Shown one piece after another: positions 9,170-18,925 of a stretch of DNA of 64,000 bases; position 1 is the stretch's first letter, and the number at the start of each line of letters is the position of its first letter. The position numbers and the translations under genes were made by a program. The DNA comes from Escherichia coli (lineage in GTDB: Bacteria; Pseudomonadota; Gammaproteobacteria; Enterobacterales; Enterobacteriaceae): assembly GCF_003334405.1 (NCBI RefSeq), contig NZ_QOWM01000005.1, one strand, 5' to 3'. The notes under the pieces are model-generated. The model made no database searches. It had not been told where the DNA came from and saw only the letters and a list, made by a program, of their open reading frames with translations.

Positions 9170-10819
9170 TTATCCCTCCATGCCGCTGATAGTAATCATG
9201 TCATCGTCCGCTCTTGCACTATAGACCCGCTTTAGGCCATCATAAAACTTGATTTCGCTGCTGGATTTTGCCTTTTCTGCGATTAGTTCAACGATTTCGT
9301 CCAGTAAGACAATCGCACTTTTATCATACTTATTAGGGCGATAGCCATTATTTAGTTTGCTCAATAGCTCAAATAAATTAAGACCGATCCGAATCGGATC
9401 TAGCGGATCTTGTCCTACTTTTAAATAGATATCGAAACAAGTTGTATGGGCTGTATTTTTCTTGAGAATTGAATCCCAGTCCGGTTTCAGCGCAACAGGT
9501 GCTGTGATTTTAATCCCACCAAATTCGCCTAAAAAGAACTCTTCTTTTTGGGTACTCAGTTCAGGTGCTTTACGGTTTGCGTAACGCTGAATACCAGCGA
9601 TAAGCTCGAAAGAGTAAAAGCGGTTTAGTGTTCTTTTTTGTTCCGGATCTGCGGTATAGTTTTTATGCAGATGCCAAATCTCTGAATAACGCTCAAAGAG
9701 CGCTTCTTTAAAGAATACAGAGAACCTTTTGTGATAGTTATTCCCTAAAGATTCATGTTGTAGTAGCCAGAAAAGTCTAATTAATGAAGCTGCGTCACCA
9801 GGCTTAACACATTGACGATCAAACGTAAGATGTAATTTCGCAAGTGTACTCAGAAAATCATCCAGTTCGGGATCAACTAATCCAAGCTCATAGCGCAAAA
9901 TAAATTGATCAATCTCGTATGTATGCAATCTGGCAGGATCAAAATCAGAAACCTTTTTAATTAGATCATTCTCTGCACCATTAAACAGATTATCAAACAG
10001 GTACCCAGGCCCTGTCAGCAGGTGGTGTAAAAAATCCAATAAGGTTCTTGTGGTAACAAATTGATCTTTTATTAATCGGGCTTTAAATAGCTGTGTTATT
10101 AAAACATTCTGAACACCGGGCATGCACAGTAGTTTAAAGTTAGCAACGGTTTTTAAATCATGTCCTATTGATTCATCACGTTGATAAATTGTGTAAAACA
10201 GGTTTTTGTCGTCATTCCCCGTTAATTGATTCATTAATTTTTTGATAAAAGGGGAGTATTCCCGCTCTTCGTCAAACTCGAACTTTGGATAATGTTCGAA
10301 ATCAAAAAATATACAATTTTCGTTGCGGTAAGGACGCTGGCCTTCCTGTTGCGCTGACAAGAATGAGTCAATAGCAGCACGGATAGCCATATGGGACTCA
10401 GAACCTTCTCTGGCAAAATTGGCTAGCATCCCGGTGTTGATACCGATGAGGAGCGGGTATGATTGCGAATGATGATTTTCAAATAAATCATTCAGTGCAT
10501 CGATAGCCGATTGTTGAGGCGCAAAGCTATGTGTCGCATCCAGATGGAAACTAAACTTCTGTTGATATTGTGGATCTGACTTACAGCGGGTTAAAATTTC
10601 GGATTTCCCGTCTCCACTACTTCCGCATAGAAAAATGATCTCACCGGGAGTAGCTGTATCCAGATAACGCTGTAACTCTTCTTCAATCTCTTGTTTAACA
10701 AAGAGTTGTTCTTTTAGCTCATCGAACACATCCTTTTGCCGATGAGTTTCTGTGGTTACGGAAAACGAAGATGACTTCGCAAGTACACCTAACGCTTTAC
10801 GTAATGTGATCGCGCTCAT
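9170..10819 (-). CDS. 549-aa P-loop NTPase, first gene of the island operon; possibly DptF/DndF-like
   Basis: N-terminal P-loop FLCGSSGDGKSE (~10597..10630); first ORF downstream of the 209-bp gap after the integrase. Confidence 0.6.
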   Translation of the reverse strand: MSAITLRKALGVLAKSSSFSVTTETHRQKDVFDELKEQLFVKQEIEEELQRYLDTATPGEIIFLCGSSGDGKSEILTRCKSDPQYQQKFSFHLDATHSFAPQQSAIDALNDLFENHHSQSYPLLIGINTGMLANFAREGSESHMAIRAAIDSFLSAQQEGQRPYRNENCIFFDFEHYPKFEFDEEREYSPFIKKLMNQLTGNDDKNLFYTIYQRDESIGHDLKTVANFKLLCMPGVQNVLITQLFKARLIKDQFVTTRTLLDFLHHLLTGPGYLFDNLFNGAENDLIKKVSDFDPARLHTYEIDQFILRYELGLVDPELDDFLSTLAKLHLTFDRQCVKPGDAASLIRLFWLLQHESLGNNYHKRFSVFFKEALFERYSEIWHLHKNYTADPEQKRTLNRFYSFELIAGIQRYANRKAPELSTQKEEFFLGEFGGIKITAPVALKPDWDSILKKNTAHTTCFDIYLKVGQDPLDPIRIGLNLFELLSKLNNGYRPNKYDKSAIVLLDEIVELIAEKAKSSSEIKFYDGLKRVYSARADDDMITISGMEG

Positions 10820-11028
10820 AACTTCATGTTCTCTAAAGAAAGAATATCCTTATTCTATACAAGCTAACAATTGAGCACCATATGCCTTTTTCTCCAGGTA
10901 CGTTCAATACTCTGCAGAACTACCTGAAACCAATGCGCGGACAGCTACCATCATGAAATTGTTGCAACTTTGACCAACGAGCCTACTTAACAAAGTGTGA
11001 CGGTAGGCTCTATTTTTGTTACACAGCT
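10820..11028 (-). promoter_or_regulatory. Intergenic region between integrase 3' end and first operon gene; likely holds the operon promoter
   Basis: 209-bp non-coding AT-rich gap; I did not identify a convincing -35/-10 pair or a terminator hairpin. Confidence 0.3.
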
Positions 11029-12297
11029 TTAGCGCTTTAACGACGCAAAAATTTTGGCAAAATCAAACGGGCTAATCACTTTCTCGCGATTTACATCTAG
11101 AAAATCCGCCCACCACTGCAACATCAATCTTCTCTCATCCAAATGTTCTGCCTTATGGATATAAGCCGCTCGAACGGAGTTACGTTCCATATGGCTCATC
11201 TGACGCTCTACCGCATCCCTCGACCACAGCCCTGACTCAATCAGCGAGCTACATGCCATAGTCCTGAAACCATGCCCACAAACCTCTACCCTAGTGTCAT
11301 AACCCATAACGCGCAGCGCCTTGTTCACCGTGTTTTCACTCATCGGTTTACGCGGATCATGATCGCCAATGAAAACAAAATCGCGCTCGCCACTAAGCTT
11401 GTGAACCTGTTTGAGGATTGCCAGAGCCTGATGAGACAATGGCACCAGATGAGGTGTGCGCATTTTAGAACCACGTTGAGAGTGCTTCACTCCTTCGATA
11501 GCTTCTCGTTCTGCCGGTATCGTCCACATTGCCGTATCGAAATCGATCTCAGACCAGCGGGCAAAGCGCAATTCACTGGAACGAATGAAGATTAATAAGG
11601 TTAGCTCAACAGCCAGGCGGGTCAAAGGGCGTCCCGTGTAACCGTCAATTCGGTGGAGCAGTTCAGGTAGACGTTTCAGCTCAAGTGCAGGGCGATGGAC
11701 ACGGTTACTGGAAGCAACTGCGCCAGCCATCTCTTGAGCCGGGTTGTAATCAATCAGCCCACTTTGTACCGCATAGCGCATGATTGCTGTGGTTCTCTGC
11801 TGAAGGCGAGAAGCAACTTCAAAGCGGCCTGTCGCTTCCACGATTTTTATGGGTGCAAGCAGGTCACGAGTTTTTAGCTCTTCGATACTTCGTCTGCCAA
11901 TTGCCGAGAACAAATTGTCCTCTAAGCTCTTCAATACCCTTCGGCTGTGTTCTTCGGACCATTTCTTATTAGTAGCGTGCCATTCTCTGGCAACTGACTC
12001 GAAGGTAATAGCCTCTTTCGCCTGTTCTTCTTTCACAGCACGTTTATGCTCGCGAGGGTCGATTCCAGCAGCAACAAGTCTCCTAGCCTCTTCTCTTTTT
12101 TGACGGGCATCAGCCAGTGAAGTTTCAGGGTAAACACCGAAAGCCATCAGGTGTTGCTTGCCACCGAAGCGAAAGCGGAACCGCCAGTATTTTGAGCCGT
12201 TGGGATGAATCAGCAAAAACATGCCATCCCCATCGACTAGGGTGTACTCCTTTTCCTGCGGTTTCGCAGAACGTACTTTAGTATCTGTCAGAGCCAT
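11029..12297 (-). CDS. intB: P4-type tyrosine integrase (IntB-like), apparently intact
   Basis: 422-aa ORF next to a tRNA 3' end; the C-terminal region (around ...EVCGHGFRTMACSSLIESGLWSRDAVERQMSHMERNSVRAAYIHKAEH) has tyrosine-recombinase-like R/H..R/Y spacing; position matches P4-like tRNA-associated integrases. Confidence 0.85.
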   Translation of the reverse strand: MALTDTKVRSAKPQEKEYTLVDGDGMFLLIHPNGSKYWRFRFRFGGKQHLMAFGVYPETSLADARQKREEARRLVAAGIDPREHKRAVKEEQAKEAITFESVAREWHATNKKWSEEHSRRVLKSLEDNLFSAIGRRSIEELKTRDLLAPIKIVEATGRFEVASRLQQRTTAIMRYAVQSGLIDYNPAQEMAGAVASSNRVHRPALELKRLPELLHRIDGYTGRPLTRLAVELTLLIFIRSSELRFARWSEIDFDTAMWTIPAEREAIEGVKHSQRGSKMRTPHLVPLSHQALAILKQVHKLSGERDFVFIGDHDPRKPMSENTVNKALRVMGYDTRVEVCGHGFRTMACSSLIESGLWSRDAVERQMSHMERNSVRAAYIHKAEHLDERRLMLQWWADFLDVNREKVISPFDFAKIFASLKR

Positions 12298-12496
12298 AAA
12301 AGTTCTCCTTCCATGTGCCGCTGTGAGTATACAACCATTATCGAACCAGCATATATACTCGGTTCTATACTCACAAGCGACTTGATGTGGGTTGACTCAG
12401 ATTGACTTCTGTTGAAAGGAAAATCGCGGAAGGCCTTGTATGACGGGGATTTCAGGCATAAAAAAAGACCTCAGTTGAGGTCCATTTACATGCTTT

Positions 12497-12581
12497 TGGT
12501 GCCGAAGGCCGGACTCGAACCGGCACGTATTTCTACGGTTGATTTTGAATCAACTGCGTCTACCGATTTCGCCACTTCGGC
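12497..12581 (-). tRNA. leuX: tRNA-Leu (leuX)
   Basis: Plus strand reads TGGTGCCGAAGGCCGGACTCGAACCGGCACG...GCCACTTCGGC, the reverse complement of an 85-nt tRNA-Leu with CCA end at the low coordinate facing the integrase. Confidence 0.9.
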
Positions 12582-12776
12582 ACTGAAGAGGTATGCGGAA
12601 AACGTTGTGAATTATACCTGTCACGCACCACCATGCAAGCGCCAGCTTGCTCGCACCTCGCTAAGTGCTGAAATTTTCAGCATTGCATACCGCGATGTGT
12701 AACCTTTGTCACACTCCAGGCACCCCGCCCTGCCATGCTCTACACTTCCCAGACAACACCAGAGAAGGACCAAAAA

Positions 12777-13796
12777 ATGTCGATGATAAAAAGCTATGCC
12801 GCAAAAGAAGCGGGCGGCGAACTGGAAGTTTATGAGTACGATCCCGGTGAGCTGAAGCCACAAGATATTGAAGTGCAGGTGGATTACTGCGGGATCTGCC
12901 ATTCCGATCTGTCGATGATCGATAACGAATGGGGATTTTCACAGTATCCGCTGGTTGCCGGGCATGAGGTGATTGGGCGCGTGGTGGCACTCGGGAGCGC
13001 CGCGCAGGATAAAGGTTTGCAGGTCGGTCAGCGTGTCGGGATTGGCTGGACGGCGCGTAGCTGTGGTCACTGCGACGCCTGTATTAGCGGTAATCAGATC
13101 AACTGCGAGCAAGGTGCGGTGCCGACGATTATGAATCGCGGTGGCTTTGCCGAGAAGTTGCGTGCGGACTGGCAATGGGTGATTCCACTGCCAGAAAATA
13201 TTGATATCGAGTCCGCCGGGCCGCTGTTGTGCGGCGGTATCACGGTCTTTAAACCACTATTGATGCACCATATCACTGCTACCAGCCGCGTTGGGGTAAT
13301 TGGTATTGGCGGGCTGGGGCATATCGCTATAAAACTTCTGCACGCAATGGGATGCGAGGTGACAGCCTTTAGTTCAAATCCGGCGAAAGAGCAGGAAGTA
13401 CTGGCGATGGGTGCCGATAAAGTGGTGAATAGCCGCGATCCGCAGGCACTGAAAACTCTGGCGGGGCAGTTTGATCTCATTATCAATACTGTGAACGTCA
13501 GCCTCGACTGGCAGCCTTATTTTGAGGCGCTGACGTATGGCGGTAATTTCCATACGGTCGGTGCGGTTCTCACGCCGCTGTCTGTTCCGGCCTTTACGTT
13601 AATTGCGGGCGATCGCAGTGTCTCTGGCTCTGCTACTGGCACGCCTTATGAGTTGCGTAAGCTGATGCGTTTTGCCGCCCGCAGCAAGGTTGCGCCGACT
13701 ACCGAATTGTTCCCGATGTCGAAAATTAACGACGCCATCCAGCATGTGCGCGACGGTAAGGCGCGTTACCGCGTGGTGTTGAAAGCCGATTTTTGA
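12777..13796 (+). CDS. ahr: NADPH-dependent aldehyde reductase (zinc alcohol dehydrogenase family)
   Basis: [19 protein letters not shown]... with CGICHSDL zinc motif; start taken at internal Met of the 353-aa ORF. Confidence 0.9.
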   Translation: MSMIKSYAAKEAGGELEVYEYDPGELKPQDIEVQVDYCGICHSDLSMIDNEWGFSQYPLVAGHEVIGRVVALGSAAQDKGLQVGQRVGIGWTARSCGHCDACISGNQINCEQGAVPTIMNRGGFAEKLRADWQWVIPLPENIDIESAGPLLCGGITVFKPLLMHHITATSRVGVIGIGGLGHIAIKLLHAMGCEVTAFSSNPAKEQEVLAMGADKVVNSRDPQALKTLAGQFDLIINTVNVSLDWQPYFEALTYGGNFHTVGAVLTPLSVPAFTLIAGDRSVSGSATGTPYELRKLMRFAARSKVAPTTELFPMSKINDAIQHVRDGKARYRVVLKADF

Positions 13797-13799
13797 AAA

Positions 13800-14363
13800 T
13801 CATTCGCAGCGCTGATCTGAGGCGCTGCCCTCTTTCGCACATATTCTGTTTTGTCGTATCGCCAGCACAGCCTGCCGACATTGTTCAGTGACATTGGCAA
13901 TATCATGGTTGATATCAATGCGCACAATATCCTGTTCATCTTCTTGTGGACGCTCCAGTGCCTCAAACTGACTTTTTAGTAACGCTACCGGCATAAAATG
14001 CCCAGCCCGACGCTGCATTCGCGCGAGAATAGTTTCATAGTCGCCATCTAACCAGAGGAAATGAACATGGGGGCTACCCTTGCGTAAAATATCACGATAC
14101 TGTTTTTTTAATGATGAACAGACAATAAATCCTGTTTCATTCTTTTTATAAAGACTGTATGAAGCATCATTTAAGCGTTCCAGCCAGGGAAGTCGATCTT
14201 CATCAGATAATGGAATACCCTGCGACATTTTATCTATATTTTTGGCTGGATGAAGATCGTCACCATCAATAAATTTAGCAGATAATAACGCGGCAACCTT
14301 GCTACCAATTAATGTTTTACCACTCCCTGAAACGCCCATCAAAATAAAGCTTTCACCCGCCAT
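13800..14363 (-). CDS. idnK: D-gluconate kinase, thermosensitive
   Basis: 187-aa ORF with P-loop GVSGSGKT; sits in the idn gene cluster. Confidence 0.9.
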   Translation of the reverse strand: MAGESFILMGVSGSGKTLIGSKVAALLSAKFIDGDDLHPAKNIDKMSQGIPLSDEDRLPWLERLNDASYSLYKKNETGFIVCSSLKKQYRDILRKGSPHVHFLWLDGDYETILARMQRRAGHFMPVALLKSQFEALERPQEDEQDIVRIDINHDIANVTEQCRQAVLAIRQNRICAKEGSASDQRCE

Positions 14364-14579
14364 TTAAAATCTCCTGAATCATCTTACCTGCTGCGATACT
14401 ACGCCTGGTGGCATAATAATTTCACGTTTTTTTATTTCTGCTGATAAGAATTACAAGGCACATCACGTTATGCGTAACATAGTAATGTAACAATTTTCTG
14501 ACGTGATCTTCATCACAAATAATAACAATTAAAACCGCTTAAATGCTTCCGAGGTGTCTACCTGACCAGTGAGGAATTT
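14364..14579. promoter_or_regulatory. Divergent idnK / idnDOTR promoter region
   Basis: 216-bp AT-rich gap between divergently oriented idnK and idnD; assigned by position only. Confidence 0.4.
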
Positions 14580-15611
14580 ATGCAAGTGAAAACACAGTCC
14601 TGCGTTGTTGCGGGCAAGAAAACTGTTGCCGTTACCGAGCAGACGATAGATTGGAATAATAATGGAACATTAGTACAAATAACCCGAGGTGGAATTTGCG
14701 GTTCCGATTTACATTATTATCAGGAAGGAAAAGTAGGTAATTTCATGATAAAGGCACCGATGGTGTTAGGTCATGAAGTTATCGGTAAAGTTATTCATAG
14801 CGACTCATCAGAATTACATGAAGGGCAAACGGTAGCCATTAATCCGTCTAAACCGTGCGGTCACTGCAAATACTGCATTGAACATAACGAGAATCAGTGT
14901 ACAGATATGCGTTTTTTTGGCAGTGCCATGTATTTCCCTCATGTTGATGGTGGTTTTACCCGTTATAAAATGGTCGAAACGTCGCAATGTGTCCCTTATC
15001 CGGCCAAAGCTGACGAAAAGGTTATGGCTTTTGCCGAACCTTTAGCCGTCGCGATTCATGCCGCACATCAGGCCGGCGAGTTACAGGGCAAGCGAGTATT
15101 TATTTCTGGTGTTGGGCCCATTGGCTGCCTGATTGTCAGTGCTGTGAAAACACTGGGGGCCGCGGAAATTGTCTGTGCCGATGTGAGTCCCCGTTCCCTT
15201 TCGCTGGGTAAAGAGATGGGGGCGGATGTGCTCGTAAACCCACAAAACGACGACATGGATCACTGGAAAGCGGAAAAAGGCTATTTCGATGTCAGCTTTG
15301 AAGTGTCCGGTCATCCTTCATCAGTGAATACCTGTCTGGAGGTCACTCGTGCACGCGGCGTAATGGTGCAGGTAGGTATGGGAGGCGCGATGGCAGAATT
15401 CCCAATGATGACATTGATTGGTAAGGAGATTTCACTCAAAGGCTCTTTCCGTTTTACCAGCGAATTTAATACCGCAGTGTCATGGCTGGCGAATGGCGTT
15501 ATCAATCCACTGCCTTTACTGAGTGCTGAATATCCCTTCACTGACCTGGAAGAGGCGCTACGTTTCGCCGGTGATAAAACCCAGGCAGCAAAAGTCCAGC
15601 TTGTTTTCTAA
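14580..15611 (+). CDS. idnD: L-idonate 5-dehydrogenase
   Basis: 343-aa zinc-type dehydrogenase (GICGSDLHYY) at the idn locus. Confidence 0.9.
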   Translation: MQVKTQSCVVAGKKTVAVTEQTIDWNNNGTLVQITRGGICGSDLHYYQEGKVGNFMIKAPMVLGHEVIGKVIHSDSSELHEGQTVAINPSKPCGHCKYCIEHNENQCTDMRFFGSAMYFPHVDGGFTRYKMVETSQCVPYPAKADEKVMAFAEPLAVAIHAAHQAGELQGKRVFISGVGPIGCLIVSAVKTLGAAEIVCADVSPRSLSLGKEMGADVLVNPQNDDMDHWKAEKGYFDVSFEVSGHPSSVNTCLEVTRARGVMVQVGMGGAMAEFPMMTLIGKEISLKGSFRFTSEFNTAVSWLANGVINPLPLLSAEYPFTDLEEALRFAGDKTQAAKVQLVF

Positions 15612-15634
15612 GAGATAAATAAAGGAATAATACA

Positions 15635-16399
15635 ATGAACGATCTATTTTCACTGGCAGGAAAAAATATCTTGATTACCGGTTCAGCACAGGGCATTGGC
15701 TTTTTACTGGCAACCGGCCTGGGTAAATATGGCGCACAAATAATTATTAATGATATTACTGCCGAACGCGCAGAACTTGCTGTAGAAAAACTCCACCAGG
15801 AGGGTATTCAGGCCGTTGCCGCACCTTTTAATGTTACTCATAAACATGAAATTGATGCCGCCGTTGAACATATCGAAAAGGACATCGGCCCCATTGATGT
15901 GCTGGTGAATAACGCCGGTATCCAGCGCCGTCATCCTTTTACTGAGTTCCCTGAACAAGAGTGGAATGATGTGATCGCAGTAAACCAGACCGCCGTGTTC
16001 CTGGTATCGCAAGCAGTAACTCGTCACATGGTTGAACGCAAGGCAGGTAAAGTTATTAATATTTGCTCGATGCAAAGCGAACTGGGACGTGACACCATCA
16101 CCCCTTATGCCGCATCGAAAGGGGCGGTAAAAATGCTCACCCGCGGCATGTGCGTCGAGCTGGCGCGCCACAATATTCAGGTCAACGGTATTGCGCCGGG
16201 CTATTTCAAAACAGAAATGACTAAAGCACTGGTTGAGGACGAAGCCTTCACCGCCTGGTTGTGCAAACGGACCCCCGCCGCACGCTGGGGAGATCCGCAG
16301 GAACTGATTGGTGCTGCGGTGTTCCTTTCTTCAAAAGCCTCTGATTTCGTAAACGGCCACCTGTTGTTTGTTGATGGCGGCATGTTAGTGGCTGTTTAA
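15635..16399 (+). CDS. idnO: 5-keto-D-gluconate 5-reductase (SDR family)
   Basis: 254-aa ORF with TGSAQGIG Rossmann motif at the idn locus. Confidence 0.9.
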   Translation: MNDLFSLAGKNILITGSAQGIGFLLATGLGKYGAQIIINDITAERAELAVEKLHQEGIQAVAAPFNVTHKHEIDAAVEHIEKDIGPIDVLVNNAGIQRRHPFTEFPEQEWNDVIAVNQTAVFLVSQAVTRHMVERKAGKVINICSMQSELGRDTITPYAASKGAVKMLTRGMCVELARHNIQVNGIAPGYFKTEMTKALVEDEAFTAWLCKRTPAARWGDPQELIGAAVFLSSKASDFVNGHLLFVDGGMLVAV

Positions 16400-16463
16400 C
16401 ACCTACTACCCTACGTGCAGCGCGAAAGCGCTGCTTTTCTGGCACTAATAAGAGATAAAGACT

Positions 16464-17783
16464 ATGCCATTAATCATTATTGCGGCAGGCGTCGCGCTGC
16501 TTCTTATCCTGATGATCGGCTTTAAAGTTAACGGCTTTATTGCCCTCGTTCTGGTAGCTGCCGTCGTCGGATTTGCCGAAGGGATGGATGCACAGGCCGT
16601 CCTGCACTCTATACAAAATGGTATCGGCAGCACGCTCGGTGGGCTGGCAATGATCCTCGGTTTCGGGGCCATGTTAGGCAAGCTGATTTCTGATACGGGT
16701 GCGGCACAACGTATCGCCACTACGCTGATTGCTACTTTTGGTAAAAAACGCGTGCAATGGGCGCTAGTGATCACTGGTCTGGTTGTGGGCCTCGCCATGT
16801 TTTTTGAAGTGGGTTTTGTCCTGCTGTTGCCGTTGGTATTTACCATCGTAGCATCATCAGGATTACCCCTGTTGTATGTTGGCGTACCAATGGTAGCAGC
16901 GCTCTCTGTAACCCACTGTTTTCTGCCGCCACATCCAGGGCCTACTGCCATCGCGACTATCTTTGAGGCTAATCTCGGAACGACTTTACTGTATGGATTT
17001 ATCATTACCATTCCGACAGTTATTGTCGCAGGACCGCTGTTTTCTAAACTGCTAACTCGCTTTGAGAAAGCACCACCGGAAGGCTTATTTAATCCTCATC
17101 TGTTTAGCGAAGAGGAGATGCCCTCCTTCTGGAACAGTATTTTCGCTGCCGTGATCCCGGTCATCCTGATGGCTATCGCCGCCGTTTGTGAAATTACGTT
17201 ACCGAAAACTAACACCGTGCGCCTCTTCTTTGAATTTGTCGGTAACCCTGCCGTTGCGCTGTTTATTGCCATTGTTATTGCGATTTTCACACTGGGCCGA
17301 CGTAATGGACGCACCATCGAGCAAATCATGGATATCATTGGGGATTCTATAGGCGCTATCGCGATGATTGTGTTTATTATCGCTGGCGGCGGCGCGTTTA
17401 AGCAGGTATTAGTAGATAGCGGTGTCGGGCACTATATTTCACACTTAATGACCGGAACTACGCTTTCGCCGTTATTGATGTGCTGGACTGTTGCGGCGCT
17501 GTTGCGTATCGCTCTGGGCTCTGCCACCGTCGCGGCCATTACCACCGCGGGTGTGGTGTTGCCGATTATCAACGTTACCCATGCCGATCCCGCTTTAATG
17601 GTACTGGCAACCGGTGCGGGCAGCGTGATCGCGTCACACGTAAACGACCCTGGCTTCTGGCTATTTAAAGGGTATTTTAATCTGACGGTTGGTGAAACGT
17701 TGCGTACCTGGACGGTGATGGAAACCCTTATTTCTATTATGGGTTTGCTGGGCGTGTTAGCCATTAACGCCGTATTGCACTGA
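16464..17783 (+). CDS. idnT: L-idonate/gluconate transporter (GntP family)
   Basis: 439-aa highly hydrophobic ORF at the idn locus. Confidence 0.9.
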   Translation: MPLIIIAAGVALLLILMIGFKVNGFIALVLVAAVVGFAEGMDAQAVLHSIQNGIGSTLGGLAMILGFGAMLGKLISDTGAAQRIATTLIATFGKKRVQWALVITGLVVGLAMFFEVGFVLLLPLVFTIVASSGLPLLYVGVPMVAALSVTHCFLPPHPGPTAIATIFEANLGTTLLYGFIITIPTVIVAGPLFSKLLTRFEKAPPEGLFNPHLFSEEEMPSFWNSIFAAVIPVILMAIAAVCEITLPKTNTVRLFFEFVGNPAVALFIAIVIAIFTLGRRNGRTIEQIMDIIGDSIGAIAMIVFIIAGGGAFKQVLVDSGVGHYISHLMTGTTLSPLLMCWTVAALLRIALGSATVAAITTAGVVLPIINVTHADPALMVLATGAGSVIASHVNDPGFWLFKGYFNLTVGETLRTWTVMETLISIMGLLGVLAINAVLH

Positions 17784-17849
17784 AAGAATAAAATATTGTG
17801 ATGTAGTTTCGGGGGAAGATTGAAGATTCCCCCGACGTTGGGAGAAGTT

Positions 17850-18848
17850 ATGCGCAATCACAGAATTTCTTTACAGGATATCGCTACGCTGGCTGGCGTA
17901 ACAAAAATGACCGTGAGTCGTTATATCCGCTCGCCGAAAAAGGTGGCAAAGGAAACAGGCGAGCGCATCGCCAAAATTATGGAAGAGATCAATTATATCC
18001 CTAATCGCGCTCCCGGCATGTTGTTGAATGCACAAAGTTATACCCTCGGTATCTTGATTCCGTCATTTCAAAATCAACTCTTCGCTGACATTCTCGCGGG
18101 AATAGAATCCGTCACCTCTGAGCATAATTATCAGACCCTTATTGCTAATTACAATTACGATCGCGATTCCGAAGAAGAGTCGGTGATTAACCTGCTCTCT
18201 TATAACATTGACGGGATTATACTTTCGGAAAAATATCACACCATCAGGACGGTGAAATTTCTGCGTTCAGCCACCATTCCGGTCGTGGAATTGATGGATG
18301 TACAGGGAGAACGGCTGGATATGGAGGTCGGTTTTGATAATCGGCAGGCCGCTTTTGACATGGTGTGTACCATGCTGGAGAAGCGAGTCAGGCACAAAAT
18401 TCTGTATCTCGGTTCCAAAGATGACACCCGCGATGAACAGCGTTATCAGGGGTATTGCGATGCGATGATGCTGCATAATCTTTCCCCATTACGCATGAAT
18501 CCACGCGCCATCTCATCCATTCATTTAGGAATGCAGTTAATGCGTGATGCCCTTAGCGCAAACCCGGATTTAGACGGTGTATTTTGCACCAATGACGATA
18601 TTGCGATGGGTGCGCTTCTGCTGTGCCGCGAGCGAAACCTCGCCGTGCCAGAACAAATTTCCATTGCGGGTTTTCATGGGCTGGAGATTGGCAGGCAAAT
18701 GATCCCAAGCCTCGCCAGCGTAATTACTCCCCGTTTTGATATTGGTCGGATGGCCGCCCAAATGTTGCTGAGCAAAATTAAAAATAACGATCACAACCAC
18801 AACACTGTTGACCTCGGGTATCAGATTTATCACGGCAACACGCTTTAG
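17850..18848 (+). CDS. idnR: LacI-family regulator of idonate catabolism
   Basis: N-terminal [24 protein letters not shown]; start taken at the internal Met (MRNHRISLQ). Confidence 0.88.
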   Translation: MRNHRISLQDIATLAGVTKMTVSRYIRSPKKVAKETGERIAKIMEEINYIPNRAPGMLLNAQSYTLGILIPSFQNQLFADILAGIESVTSEHNYQTLIANYNYDRDSEEESVINLLSYNIDGIILSEKYHTIRTVKFLRSATIPVVELMDVQGERLDMEVGFDNRQAAFDMVCTMLEKRVRHKILYLGSKDDTRDEQRYQGYCDAMMLHNLSPLRMNPRAISSIHLGMQLMRDALSANPDLDGVFCTNDDIAMGALLLCRERNLAVPEQISIAGFHGLEIGRQMIPSLASVITPRFDIGRMAAQMLLSKIKNNDHNHNTVDLGYQIYHGNTL

Positions 18849-18925
18849 GTTATTTTCTCTTCATTACACGTATTCTCTTTGCCGGACGTTGCCTATACTC
18901 CAGGCAGGAAACTGGAGGATATCTC

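Larger units (their letters stand above)
1..12496. mobile_element. Genomic island integrated at the 3' end of tRNA-Leu (leuX); partial, far boundary lies beyond the window start
   Basis: P4-type integrase gene immediately next to the tRNA 3' end; region is visibly AT-rich compared with the flanking core; gene content differs from the K-12 leuX island as I recall it. Confidence 0.75.

Noticed and set aside
12412-12702. 96-aa ORF between the integrase and ahr
   Set aside because: It overlaps the tRNA-Leu gene (12497..12581); the tRNA is the real feature.
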